Below, piece after piece: positions 9,579 through 17,364 of a DNA stretch of 32,000 bases. The stretch lies in contig JAPLKZ010000005.1 of NCBI GenBank assembly GCA_026387835.1, positions 211,048 through 243,047 of the forward strand. The letters run 5' to 3'. The notes under the pieces are model-generated. The model did no database searches. It was given only the letters and a program-made list of their open reading frames with translations, and was not told the DNA's origin. Within the stretch, counting starts at the first letter, position 1; each line of letters begins with the position of its first letter. The stretch is from Candidatus Saganbacteria bacterium. Lineage in GTDB: Bacteria > Margulisbacteria > WOR-1 > JAKLHX01. Position numbers and translations under genes: made by a program.

Positions 9579-10946
9579 CTATTTCGCCAGATCGCAGGCT
9601 TCTTTTAAGAGCCTTTCAACATCTTCTTTCCGGGTAGCCTCGCAATATATACGGAGCAGAGGTTCCGTGCCGGAAGCTCTTAGTAATACCCAGCTTCCGT
9701 CTTCAAATATCAATTTTATCCCGTCCATGTCCCGGATGTCCTTTACTTTGAGACTTGCCATCTCTTTAGGAGGGGCTTTTGATAATTTTTCCATCACGGC
9801 ATTTTTCTTTTGATCGTCTATGCGGATGTCCACCCTGTCGTAATAATACCGGTGAAATTCTTTTGAGATATCGGCCAGTATTTCTTCAAGGTTCTTTTTT
9901 TCGGCGGCCATAAGCTCGATCAACAGGAGCGCGCATAGAATGCCGTCCCTTTCGGGGATGTGCCCTTTGATCCCGAAACCGCCGCTTTCTTCCCCGCCGA
10001 TAAGGATGTCCTCCTTCAGCATGAGATCGCAAACGTGTTTAAAACCGATCGGCCTCACGTACAATCTTAGCCCGTATTTTTCGCACATCTCGTCGATAAG
10101 ATGAGTGACGTTGAAAGTCTTGACGACCGACCCGGCCATCTTTTTGTTCTTTACAAGATGATGGAGCAGCAGGGCAAATACCTGGTGCGTATTGATGAAG
10201 ACCCCGTCCGAACCCACAGCTCCTATACGGTCCGCGTCACCGTCAAGCGCGAGGCCGACGACTTTTTCCCTTCCGCATTTATCAATGAGGGCTTTCAGGT
10301 TAGGTGTGATGGGCTCGGGGTTCACGCCTCCGAAAAGAGGGTCGCGGCGGTCATTGATCTCTTCTATCTTGATGAGGTCTTTCAGGACGGTCTTAAGATA
10401 TCCGGAGCCGCTGCCGAAAAGACAATCAACTACGACTCTTACGCCCGATCCCGATATAAGGTCGAGATCCACCATCTTAGATACGCTTTCAAGATAATCT
10501 TTTTTCGGATCAAAGGTCTTTATTTTCCCCGCGGGCGTGTTTTTTGGTGATGCTTTATCGAGAAGCGCTTCGATTCTTTTTGTCATCTCAGGTGTTGCTG
10601 ATCCAGCAAAGCTGCCTTTGACCTTGAAACCGTTCCAGTCAAAAGGGTTATGGCTGGCCGTTATCATTATCCCCGCGGGGCTCGAATATTTTTTTACGAA
10701 AAAAGAAACAGCAGGGGTAGGGCAGGAGCTTTCGGCCAGGAGCACGTCTATCCCGTTAGAAACCACTGTTTCCGCGGACAATCCCGCGAAATGTTCCGAA
10801 AGGAACCTGTTGTCGTAGCCGATCACGACGGGAGCGGACGCTTTTCCGACAAAGAGTGAAAAGGCTTCAGCAACGGTCTTTACGTTCTGAAAGGTGAAGT
10901 CCTCGGCAATGCGCGCTCTCCACCCGTCAGTCCCGAATTTGATCAT
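9579..10946 (-). CDS. alpha-D-phosphohexomutase (phosphoglucomutase/phosphomannomutase family)
   Basis: 455 aa. FGTDGWR N-terminus, catalytic-Ser loop TASHNP, Mg site DGDADR, sugar-binding GEESGG. Confidence 0.85.
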   Translation of the reverse strand: MIKFGTDGWRARIAEDFTFQNVKTVAEAFSLFVGKASAPVVIGYDNRFLSEHFAGLSAETVVSNGIDVLLAESSCPTPAVSFFVKKYSSPAGIMITASHNPFDWNGFKVKGSFAGSATPEMTKRIEALLDKASPKNTPAGKIKTFDPKKDYLESVSKMVDLDLISGSGVRVVVDCLFGSGSGYLKTVLKDLIKIEEINDRRDPLFGGVNPEPITPNLKALIDKCGREKVVGLALDGDADRIGAVGSDGVFINTHQVFALLLHHLVKNKKMAGSVVKTFNVTHLIDEMCEKYGLRLYVRPIGFKHVCDLMLKEDILIGGEESGGFGIKGHIPERDGILCALLLIELMAAEKKNLEEILADISKEFHRYYYDRVDIRIDDQKKNAVMEKLSKAPPKEMASLKVKDIRDMDGIKLIFEDGSWVLLRASGTEPLLRIYCEATRKEDVERLLKEACDLAK

Positions 10947-10961
10947 ATATAAAACCCTCCT

Positions 10962-13028
10962 CTAAAATGTCTCCTCATAAAATTCTTTTGTTCCGGTATC
11001 CGAAGGTCCCGATCCTTCTTTAATGATCTCTTCCCCGTTTGCCGGGGTAGTCTTTTTGCCGTGGGAGCTTGCGCAGACGCTCGTCGGCTGCTTACCTGCC
11101 CAGAAAGTGGCCCATTTGACTTTCCCGGGAGGACAGTCCGGACCGGCAAGACGGCCGGAATAAAGGCAGATCCTGACATTTACGACATTTTCCGGTTTTG
11201 GAAAATCTTCGGGAGGCGTCGCTGAAAGTACGGTCTCCATGAACTGTTTCCATATCCTGGGGCACACCGAGACCTCCGCGACGCCCTTCATGGGAGTATT
11301 GTCGTCGTTGCCGACCCATACTCCGGTTATCAGCTGCGGCACGAATCCTATGAACCAGGCGTCGCGGAAATTATCGGATGTTCCGGTCTTTGCCGCTGCG
11401 GGCCTGCCTATCTTGGCGCGATATCCCGTGCCGATCGCGATGACCCCTTTCATCATGTCGACCATGATATAAGCGATCTTGGGCTCCAGCACCTGCGTCT
11501 TTTTATCTTCGTTCTCTTCGATGATCCGGCCGTTCTTGTCTGTTATCTTTGATATGCAGAGAGGATCCGCCCTCACACCTCCGGTCGCAAAAGAGCTGTA
11601 AGCGGAGGTCATCTCCAAAAGAGACATATCGGATGTGCCGAGCACGAGAGAGAGGCTGGGGCTTATATCGGACTTTATCCCCATTTTGTGAGCGACAGCT
11701 ATCGCGTTGTCGATCCCGACTTTCTGCAGCAGTTTTATAGCCGGGAGATTAAGGGAGTTCTCAAGCGCGTAACGCAGCATGACAGGTCCCCTGAACTTTT
11801 TGTCAAAATCTTTCGGCTTCCATTTGCCGTCCGGATGTTCCTTGTCCGGGAACACGTCGAAAGTCGCAGGCGTGTCATACAGTATATCTCCGGGAGAGAT
11901 ACCCTGTTCCATGGCCGCGGTGTAGACAAACGGTTTGAACGATGACCCGGGTGATCTTTTTGCCTGGGTCACCCTGTTGAACTCGCTTTTGTTAAAATCG
12001 CTCCCTCCGACCATCGTCAGTATATGGCCCGTAACGGGGTCGATGGTCAAAAGCGCGGCTTGCGAGAAATGGTATTTAGGACCTTCTTTCATGATGAAAC
12101 TTGAGACCGTGCTTTCGGCCACGTGCTGCATCGGCATATTAAGCGTCGTGTAGATCCTTAACCCGCCCTTGTAGACCATCTCCGGCCCGTATTTTTCAAC
12201 AAGCTGGTTGATCACAAAAGTGGTGAAATAAGGCGCGTTGAACTTATATTTGTTCATCTGTCCCATCGAAAGGGTGACTTTTTCTTTTTTTGCCGTTTCC
12301 GCCTGTTCGTCCGTTATCATCCCGTCGCGGGCCATTTTTTCAAGGACATTGTCTCTCTTTTTAATTGCGAGATCAAAATTCCTGTATGGCGAATATATTT
12401 CAGGAGCCCCTAAAATACTGGCAAGAAGCGCTGCCTCTCCGAGGGTAAGGCTGTCCGCATGCTTGCCGAAATAGATCTGGGAAGCGGTGTCGGACCCGTA
12501 AGTGTTGTGCCCCCAGTAGACCTGGTTCAAATACATCTCAAGGATCTCTTCTTTCGTGTATTTGCGCTCAAGCTCCAATGCTATATACATTTCCGATAAT
12601 TTCCTGCCGAAAGTTTTTTTTGTGTTCAAAAAGAGAGACCTGGCCAGCTGCTGAGTGATTGTGCTTCCTCCCTGCTCGATACGGCCGCTGAAAAGATTTA
12701 CCAGTGTCGCTCTTGCGATCGCTTTCAGCGAGATCCCGCGGTGGTTGAAAAAATCATTGTCTTCCGAAGCCAGCACCGCTTTTATCAGGTAAGGGGATAT
12801 CTGCGAGATGGGAACGGATATTCTTTTTTCCCCCGCGTGTATGGTCCCTAGCACGGTCCCGTCGGCCGAATATATGATCGTAGATTCGAACGGGACGGCG
12901 TCGCTCAGGTCAGAAAGGTCCGGCAGTTGAACAGACCCCTGGATGGCAAAACCGGCTGTAGCCGCGATGACAATAAGTAATATTACTATCATCCAGCTGC
13001 CGCCCTGCTTCTTTTTCTTTTTCGGCAT
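10962..13028 (-). CDS. class A penicillin-binding protein (bifunctional glycosyltransferase/transpeptidase, PBP1A-type)
   Basis: 688 aa. N-terminal TM. GT51 motifs EDNDFFNHRG, GGSTITQQL, RKLSE. Transpeptidase motifs SSFK (SxxK), SLN (SxN), KTGT. Confidence 0.9.
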   Translation of the reverse strand: MPKKKKKQGGSWMIVILLIVIAATAGFAIQGSVQLPDLSDLSDAVPFESTIIYSADGTVLGTIHAGEKRISVPISQISPYLIKAVLASEDNDFFNHRGISLKAIARATLVNLFSGRIEQGGSTITQQLARSLFLNTKKTFGRKLSEMYIALELERKYTKEEILEMYLNQVYWGHNTYGSDTASQIYFGKHADSLTLGEAALLASILGAPEIYSPYRNFDLAIKKRDNVLEKMARDGMITDEQAETAKKEKVTLSMGQMNKYKFNAPYFTTFVINQLVEKYGPEMVYKGGLRIYTTLNMPMQHVAESTVSSFIMKEGPKYHFSQAALLTIDPVTGHILTMVGGSDFNKSEFNRVTQAKRSPGSSFKPFVYTAAMEQGISPGDILYDTPATFDVFPDKEHPDGKWKPKDFDKKFRGPVMLRYALENSLNLPAIKLLQKVGIDNAIAVAHKMGIKSDISPSLSLVLGTSDMSLLEMTSAYSSFATGGVRADPLCISKITDKNGRIIEENEDKKTQVLEPKIAYIMVDMMKGVIAIGTGYRAKIGRPAAAKTGTSDNFRDAWFIGFVPQLITGVWVGNDDNTPMKGVAEVSVCPRIWKQFMETVLSATPPEDFPKPENVVNVRICLYSGRLAGPDCPPGKVKWATFWAGKQPTSVCASSHGKKTTPANGEEIIKEGSGPSDTGTKEFYEETF

Positions 13029-13063
13029 TTTCTTTAATGATTATAACATGGTAATAACAGCAA

Positions 13064-13214
13064 CCCTCACCCCAACCCTCTCCCGCTAACCGCGGGAGAG
13101 GGAGAAAAAAATGCTTGTTGAATATTTCAATCAACTTTTTTATGCACCCTCTCCCTCAGGGAGAGGGAAGCCTGCCCGCAATGCTTCGCATAGCGAAGCA
13201 GGCGGGGGTGAGGT
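13064..13214. repeat. REP/BIME-like composite of GC-rich hairpins with inverted ends
   Basis: Perfect 11-bp hairpin CCCTCTCCCGC (13076-13086) / GCGGGAGAGGG (13092-13102). Perfect 9-bp hairpin CCCTCTCCC (13147-13155) / GGGAGAGGG (13159-13167). An 8-bp hairpin TGCTTCGC/GCGAAGCA (13182-13200) is extended by CCCGC/GCGGG. The outer ends CCTCACCCC (13065-13073) and GGGGTGAGG (13205-13213) are inverted repeats. Confidence 0.6.
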
Positions 13215-13225
13215 ATGGGATGGTA

Positions 13226-13234
13226 TGATATAAT
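13226..13234 (+). promoter_or_regulatory. extended -10 promoter candidate upstream of aroQ
   Basis: TGATATAAT (TGn + TATAAT at 13229-13234), immediately after the REP-like element and 19 nt upstream of the first SD-ATG copy. Confidence 0.4.
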
Positions 13235-13241
13235 TTAATTG

Positions 13242-13267
13242 GAGTAAATAAAATGAAAAACATCCTG
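13242..13267 (+). repeat. 26-bp direct repeat, copy 1 (duplicate of the aroQ SD/ATG/first codons)
   Basis: GAGTAAATAAAATGAAAAACATCCTG is identical to 13410-13435. The copies lie 168 bp apart, in frame with each other. Confidence 0.9.
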
Positions 13268-13336
13268 TTTCCCTGCCCAAGATCAAAATCGAGTGAAATT
13301 TTCAATAAATACCATCGATACTCTTTCAGCCGGTGA
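13253..13336 (+). CDS. 27-codon upstream ORF opened by the duplicated aroQ start (MKNILFPCPRSKSSEIFNKYHRYSFSR)
   Basis: ATG 13253 is preceded by GGAG at 8-nt spacing and by the promoter candidate. The first five codons are identical to the canonical AroQ N-terminus. Stop TGA at 13334-13336. Translation is unproven. Confidence 0.25.
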   Translation: MKNILFPCPRSKSSEIFNKYHRYSFSR

Positions 13337-13366
13337 CGATCCGGATATTAAAGGGAGAAAATAAAA

Positions 13367-13855
13367 ATGCAGACAACTAGGGCTTCTTTTGCAGCAGCGC
13401 TAAGGACGAGAGTAAATAAAATGAAAAACATCCTGGTCATCCACGGCGCGAATCTCAACCTTCTCGGCCAAAGGGAACCTTCCGTGTACGGGAGTTTCAC
13501 GATGGAAGATATCAATAAAGAGCTGAAGAAACTCGGAAAAGAGCTCGGGGCGAAAGTGGATTTTTTTCAGAATAACATAGAAGGCGAGATAGTGAACGCC
13601 ATCCAGGCAGCGAAAGACAGGTATGGCGCTATTGTTATCAATCCCGGAGGTTACACGCATACCAGCGTCGTCATAAGGGACGCGATAGCGGCAGTGAAGC
13701 TCCCGACCGTGGAAATCCACATGTCGAACATCTACGCCCGCGAGAAATTCAGGCAAAGATCCGTAATCGCTCCCGTGGCATCGGGTCAGATCGCGGGTTT
13801 CGGAAAAGACAGCTACCTCTTGGGTCTCCGCGCCGCTGTATCTTTGATAAAGTAA
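13367..13855 (+). CDS. aroQ: type II 3-dehydroquinate dehydratase
   Basis: [21 protein letters not shown] and [12 protein letters not shown] motifs. The family-typical N-terminus starts at ATG 13421 (MKNILVIHG). ATG 13367 (SD AGGGAG, 9-nt spacer) would add an 18-aa extension, so the start is ambiguous. Confidence 0.9.
   Translation: MQTTRASFAAALRTRVNKMKNILVIHGANLNLLGQREPSVYGSFTMEDINKELKKLGKELGAKVDFFQNNIEGEIVNAIQAAKDRYGAIVINPGGYTHTSVVIRDAIAAVKLPTVEIHMSNIYAREKFRQRSVIAPVASGQIAGFGKDSYLLGLRAAVSLIK
13410..13435 (+). repeat. 26-bp direct repeat, copy 2 (at the canonical aroQ Met)
   Basis: Identical to 13242-13267. Confidence 0.9.
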
Positions 13856-13856
13856 G

Positions 13857-14522
13857 ATGGGATCTCTCCGGATACGCTGCTTAAGAAAAGCGGCAAGCAT
13901 CGCTTCCTCCGTTATGGATGAGATCACCCTTTTAATACAACCCGGAATGACCGAAAAACAAGTAGCCCTCATGATCAGGAGGATGCTGAGAAAAAAAGGC
14001 GCTGAAGGCCATTCTTTTGACATAATAGTAGCTTCAGGCAGAAGATCGTCGTTCCCTCACGGTTATGCCACAAAGAAAAAGATCAGGAAGAACGAGATCG
14101 TGATGCTGGATTTCGGCGCTGTGTATAAGGGATGGAAGTCGGATATTACGCGGACGGTCCATCTCGGAAAGTTTACAGGTTTTCAGAAAAAGGTCTATAA
14201 TCTTGTATTAAAGGCCCATTTAAAGGCGGCAAGGGCGGTGGCCGACGGTGTCCCGGTAAAAGTGATCGATAAAAAGGTCAGAAGCGAGTTCAAGAAACAC
14301 GGCCTTGAAAAATACTTCTGTCACAGCACCGGGCACGGGATCGGCAGGCATGTCCACGAACCGCCGAGGATATCCTTTAAAAGCGACGAGGTTTTGAGGC
14401 AAGGTATGGTAGTGACGATAGAACCGGGACTTTATTTTAAAAAATGGGGCGGCATAAGGATAGAGGATATGATACTTGTGACAAAGGACGGCCATGAGAT
14501 GCTGACGCACGCGCTCCGATGA
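13857..14522 (+). CDS. M24-family metallopeptidase (Xaa-Pro peptidase-like), catalytic domain only
   Basis: 221 aa. Pita-bread-fold metal ligands are all present (LDFGA, SDITRT, HSTGHGIG, VTIEPG, IRIEDM). The creatinase-like N-terminal domain is absent, and aroQ ends 1 nt upstream. Confidence 0.85.
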   Translation: MGSLRIRCLRKAASIASSVMDEITLLIQPGMTEKQVALMIRRMLRKKGAEGHSFDIIVASGRRSSFPHGYATKKKIRKNEIVMLDFGAVYKGWKSDITRTVHLGKFTGFQKKVYNLVLKAHLKAARAVADGVPVKVIDKKVRSEFKKHGLEKYFCHSTGHGIGRHVHEPPRISFKSDEVLRQGMVVTIEPGLYFKKWGGIRIEDMILVTKDGHEMLTHALR

Positions 14523-15208
14523 AGACTACGGCAATAATCGCGGCGGGCGGGCTTGGCACCAGGATGCGCAGTCCCGACGGAAAGCTTTTTATCGAGATCT
14601 GCGGCAAACCTGTGCTCGGCCTCACGATAAAAGCTTTTGAGAATTCGGAGATCATCGACGATATCATCCTTGTCGTCGCGCTCGACGAGATAGAAAAAGC
14701 GAGAAAATTAAAAGAGAGGGAAGGCTACAAAAAAATAAGGCATATAATACAGGGCGGAGCGTCGAGACAGGCATCGGTCTATAACGGGCTGCAGGTCGTC
14801 TCGGATGACACGGATATCGTCGTGATCCATGACGGCGCGAGACCTTTTGTGACAAAAGAGATAATCCTTGAGGCGGTCAGCGAGACAAGGGCGCACAGAG
14901 CGGTGATAGTGGGGGTCCCGGTCAAGGACACAATAAAAACGGTGAAGGACGACAGGCTTGTCTCGAACACCCTTGACAGGGAGATCCTGTGGCAGGTCCA
15001 GACGCCGCAGGTGTTCGATTTTAAACTTATAAAAGAAGCCTACGAGAGAGCAAACAGGCTGGACATCCAGGCAACGGACGACGCGAGGCTGGTAGAGCGG
15101 CTCGGTGAAAAAGTGAAGATGATCAGCGGGTCCTACGATAATATCAAGATAACAACGCCGGAAGACCTGATGATCGCGGAGGCGATACTGAGATCAAAAC
15201 AGTCATAA
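14519..15208 (+). CDS. ispD: 2-C-methyl-D-erythritol 4-phosphate cytidylyltransferase
   Basis: 229 aa. AAGGLGTRM nucleotide-binding loop, IHDGARPF and the VQTPQ(V)F motif. ATGA overlap with the upstream gene. Confidence 0.9.
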   Translation: MKTTAIIAAGGLGTRMRSPDGKLFIEICGKPVLGLTIKAFENSEIIDDIILVVALDEIEKARKLKEREGYKKIRHIIQGGASRQASVYNGLQVVSDDTDIVVIHDGARPFVTKEIILEAVSETRAHRAVIVGVPVKDTIKTVKDDRLVSNTLDREILWQVQTPQVFDFKLIKEAYERANRLDIQATDDARLVERLGEKVKMISGSYDNIKITTPEDLMIAEAILRSKQS

Positions 15209-15216
15209 TCGGTATA

Positions 15217-15537
15217 ATGGCAGGCCTGATAAGCGGGCTTGTGGGGGTGGGAGGCGGGATCGTGATGGTCCCTGCGATGGTCATATTATTAAAAATGAAC
15301 CAGCATGAAACGCAGGGGACATCGCTGTTCGCGATCATACCCACGGCTGCGGTCGGAGCAGCGACTTACGCGGTATCGGGATATCTGAACGTCGGCGTGG
15401 CGCTCTGGGTCGCGATAGGCAGTTTTGCCGGAGCGTATTTCGGAAGCTCGTTCGCTAACAAGATATCGGAAAAGAACTTAAAGATCATCTATGTCTTATT
15501 TTTGATGGTGGTCGGGATAAAATTCTTAATAAAATGA
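15217..15537 (+). CDS. half-size TSUP/TauE (DUF81) family membrane protein, copy 1
   Basis: 106 aa, 3-4 predicted TM helices, GVGGGIVMVP motif typical of TSUP repeat units. No in-frame upstream start is available (stop at 15139-15141, no ATG/GTG/TTG until 15217). Confidence 0.75.
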   Translation: MAGLISGLVGVGGGIVMVPAMVILLKMNQHETQGTSLFAIIPTAAVGAATYAVSGYLNVGVALWVAIGSFAGAYFGSSFANKISEKNLKIIYVLFLMVVGIKFLIK

Positions 15538-15908
15538 CAATAACAATACTGACAATGATCGTTTTGACGGGGTTCGGTGCAGGGCTGTTGAGCGGGATGC
15601 TGGGCGTGGGTGGCGGCACGATAATAGTGCCTGCTCTTGTGATAATACTCGGCTTTTCGCAGCATCTTGCCCAGGGGGTATCTCTCGCGGTCATAATCCC
15701 CACAGCGATAATGGGAGCTTACGGTTATTCTATAAGGGATAAGATCAACAGGGATGTCGGAGTAAGGATGGCTTGCGGTTCGGTAGCAGGGGTTCTTCTC
15801 GGCTCATATCTTGCCTGCAGGATCGCTTCGGACGACCTTAAAAAAATATTCGGGGTCTTTGCGATCATTGTCGCGTTAAAGATATTAAAAGATGTATTTT
15901 CCAAATAA
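15534..15908 (+). CDS. half-size TSUP/TauE (DUF81) family membrane protein, copy 2
   Basis: 124 aa, 4 predicted TM helices, GVGGGTIIVP motif. Aligns without gaps to copy 1 (about 45 percent identity by hand). ATGA overlap with copy 1. Confidence 0.75.
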   Translation: MTITILTMIVLTGFGAGLLSGMLGVGGGTIIVPALVIILGFSQHLAQGVSLAVIIPTAIMGAYGYSIRDKINRDVGVRMACGSVAGVLLGSYLACRIASDDLKKIFGVFAIIVALKILKDVFSK

Positions 15909-17364
15909 AAATGAGTTCCTGGAACTTTCTAAAAAAGGCAACCTGATCCCTGTCTACAGGGAAATAATCGCAGACACGGAGACCCCGGTTTCCGCGCTTT
16001 CAAAGATCGCCGGAAAGTATTCTTTTCTGCTGGAAAGCGTTGAAGGCGGAGAGAACCTGGCGAGATATTCTTTTCTCGGCTGCGATCCCGAAATATTGTT
16101 CAGGAGCAAAGGCGGCGATATCGAGATCATATCCGTATCGGGAAAAAGAAAGACGACAGAGAAAAAGAAAGGCGACCCCTTAAAGGCGCTTAAAGAGGTC
16201 CTGGGGAAATATAAACCCGTAGATATAGAGGGCCTGCCGCGGTTTCACGGGGGAGCGGTCGGATATATAGGATATGATACCGTAAGATTTTTTGAGAACA
16301 TCCCCGATAAGAACAGGGATGAGCTCAAGGTCCCGGACTGCCAGTTCCTTCTAACGGACACGTTCCTCGCGTTCGACCACGTGAAGCACAAGATAATCGT
16401 GATCTCAAACGCTTTCATAGAAAATGACCCGCAGGGAGCATACGATAAAGCTGTCGCAAAGATCGAAGCGATAGCAAAAAAGCTCAAGAAGGCCTCATCT
16501 CTAAGACCGCTGGATATCTCCGGCAAAAAAAAGCAATTAAAAATCGAATCTAACACATCTAAAAATGAGTTCGAAAAATCGGTTGAAGCGGCAAAAGAAT
16601 ATATAAAAGCCGGCGATGTCATCCAGGTCGTCCTTTCACAAAGGCTCAGCACCGGCGCCGCGATAACTCCGCTTGACGTGTACCGGAGCCTGAGGACGAT
16701 CAACCCTTCGCCGTATATGTATTATTTTTCTTTTGACGGCATGCATCTTATCGGCTCATCCCCCGAGGTCATGGTAAGGCTGGAGAACGGGACCGCGACG
16801 GTCCGCCCGATAGCGGGCACGATGCCCAGAGGGAAAGACGAGAACGAGGACAAAGCTCTTGAGAAGGAACTTCTTTCTGATGAAAAAGAAAAAGCCGAAC
16901 ACATAATGCTCGTGGACCTGGCCAGGAACGACCTCGGCCGGGTCTGCGAGACGGGCACGATAAAGATCTCAGATTTCATGTCGATCGAGCGTTATTCTCA
17001 CGTGATGCATATAGTCACGAACGTCTCCGGGAAATTATCCTCCGGCAAGGACGCTTTTGATCTTTTTGCGGCTTCTTTCCCGGCAGGCACTGTTTCGGGC
17101 GCCCCGAAAGTCAGGGCCATGGAGATCATCGACGAGCTTGAGAACGTGAAAAGGGGGCCTTACGCGGGCGCGGTGGGTTATTTTGATTTCAGGGGCAACC
17201 TTGATACCTGCATAACGATAAGGACTATATTGATGATAGGCAAAAAAGCCTATATCCAGGCGGGCGCCGGCATTGTGGCGGATTCTGTCCCGGAGAAAGA
17301 ATACTTTGAAAGCCTGAACAAGGCAAGAGCGCTGCTCAAGGCGATAGAGGACGTCTCTAAATGA
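15892..17364 (+). CDS. trpE: anthranilate synthase component I
   Basis: 490 aa. NLIPVYREIIADTETPVSA N-terminus, FLLESVEGGENLARYSF (LLES regulatory motif), chorismate-binding core GAVGYFDFRGNLDTCITIRT. No trpG or other trp genes are adjacent. Confidence 0.82.
   Translation: MYFPNKNEFLELSKKGNLIPVYREIIADTETPVSALSKIAGKYSFLLESVEGGENLARYSFLGCDPEILFRSKGGDIEIISVSGKRKTTEKKKGDPLKALKEVLGKYKPVDIEGLPRFHGGAVGYIGYDTVRFFENIPDKNRDELKVPDCQFLLTDTFLAFDHVKHKIIVISNAFIENDPQGAYDKAVAKIEAIAKKLKKASSLRPLDISGKKKQLKIESNTSKNEFEKSVEAAKEYIKAGDVIQVVLSQRLSTGAAITPLDVYRSLRTINPSPYMYYFSFDGMHLIGSSPEVMVRLENGTATVRPIAGTMPRGKDENEDKALEKELLSDEKEKAEHIMLVDLARNDLGRVCETGTIKISDFMSIERYSHVMHIVTNVSGKLSSGKDAFDLFAASFPAGTVSGAPKVRAMEIIDELENVKRGPYAGAVGYFDFRGNLDTCITIRTILMIGKKAYIQAGAGIVADSVPEKEYFESLNKARALLKAIEDVSK

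Noticed and set aside
12910-13134. 74-aa minus-strand ORF containing PLPRLAGEGWGEG
   Set aside because: It is the translation of the REP-like GC-rich hairpins and overlaps the PBP1A 5-prime end. Such pseudo-peptides are a known artefact of these repeats.
13400-14023. 207-aa ORF on the minus strand
   Set aside because: Antisense to aroQ and the M24 peptidase, both of which have clear family motifs. No motif or RBS supports it.
15892-17364. Alternative call as PabB or isochorismate synthase
   Set aside because: The N-terminal NLIPVYREIIADTETP segment and the LLES motif favour TrpE. This remains testable and is listed as a finding because of the odd context.
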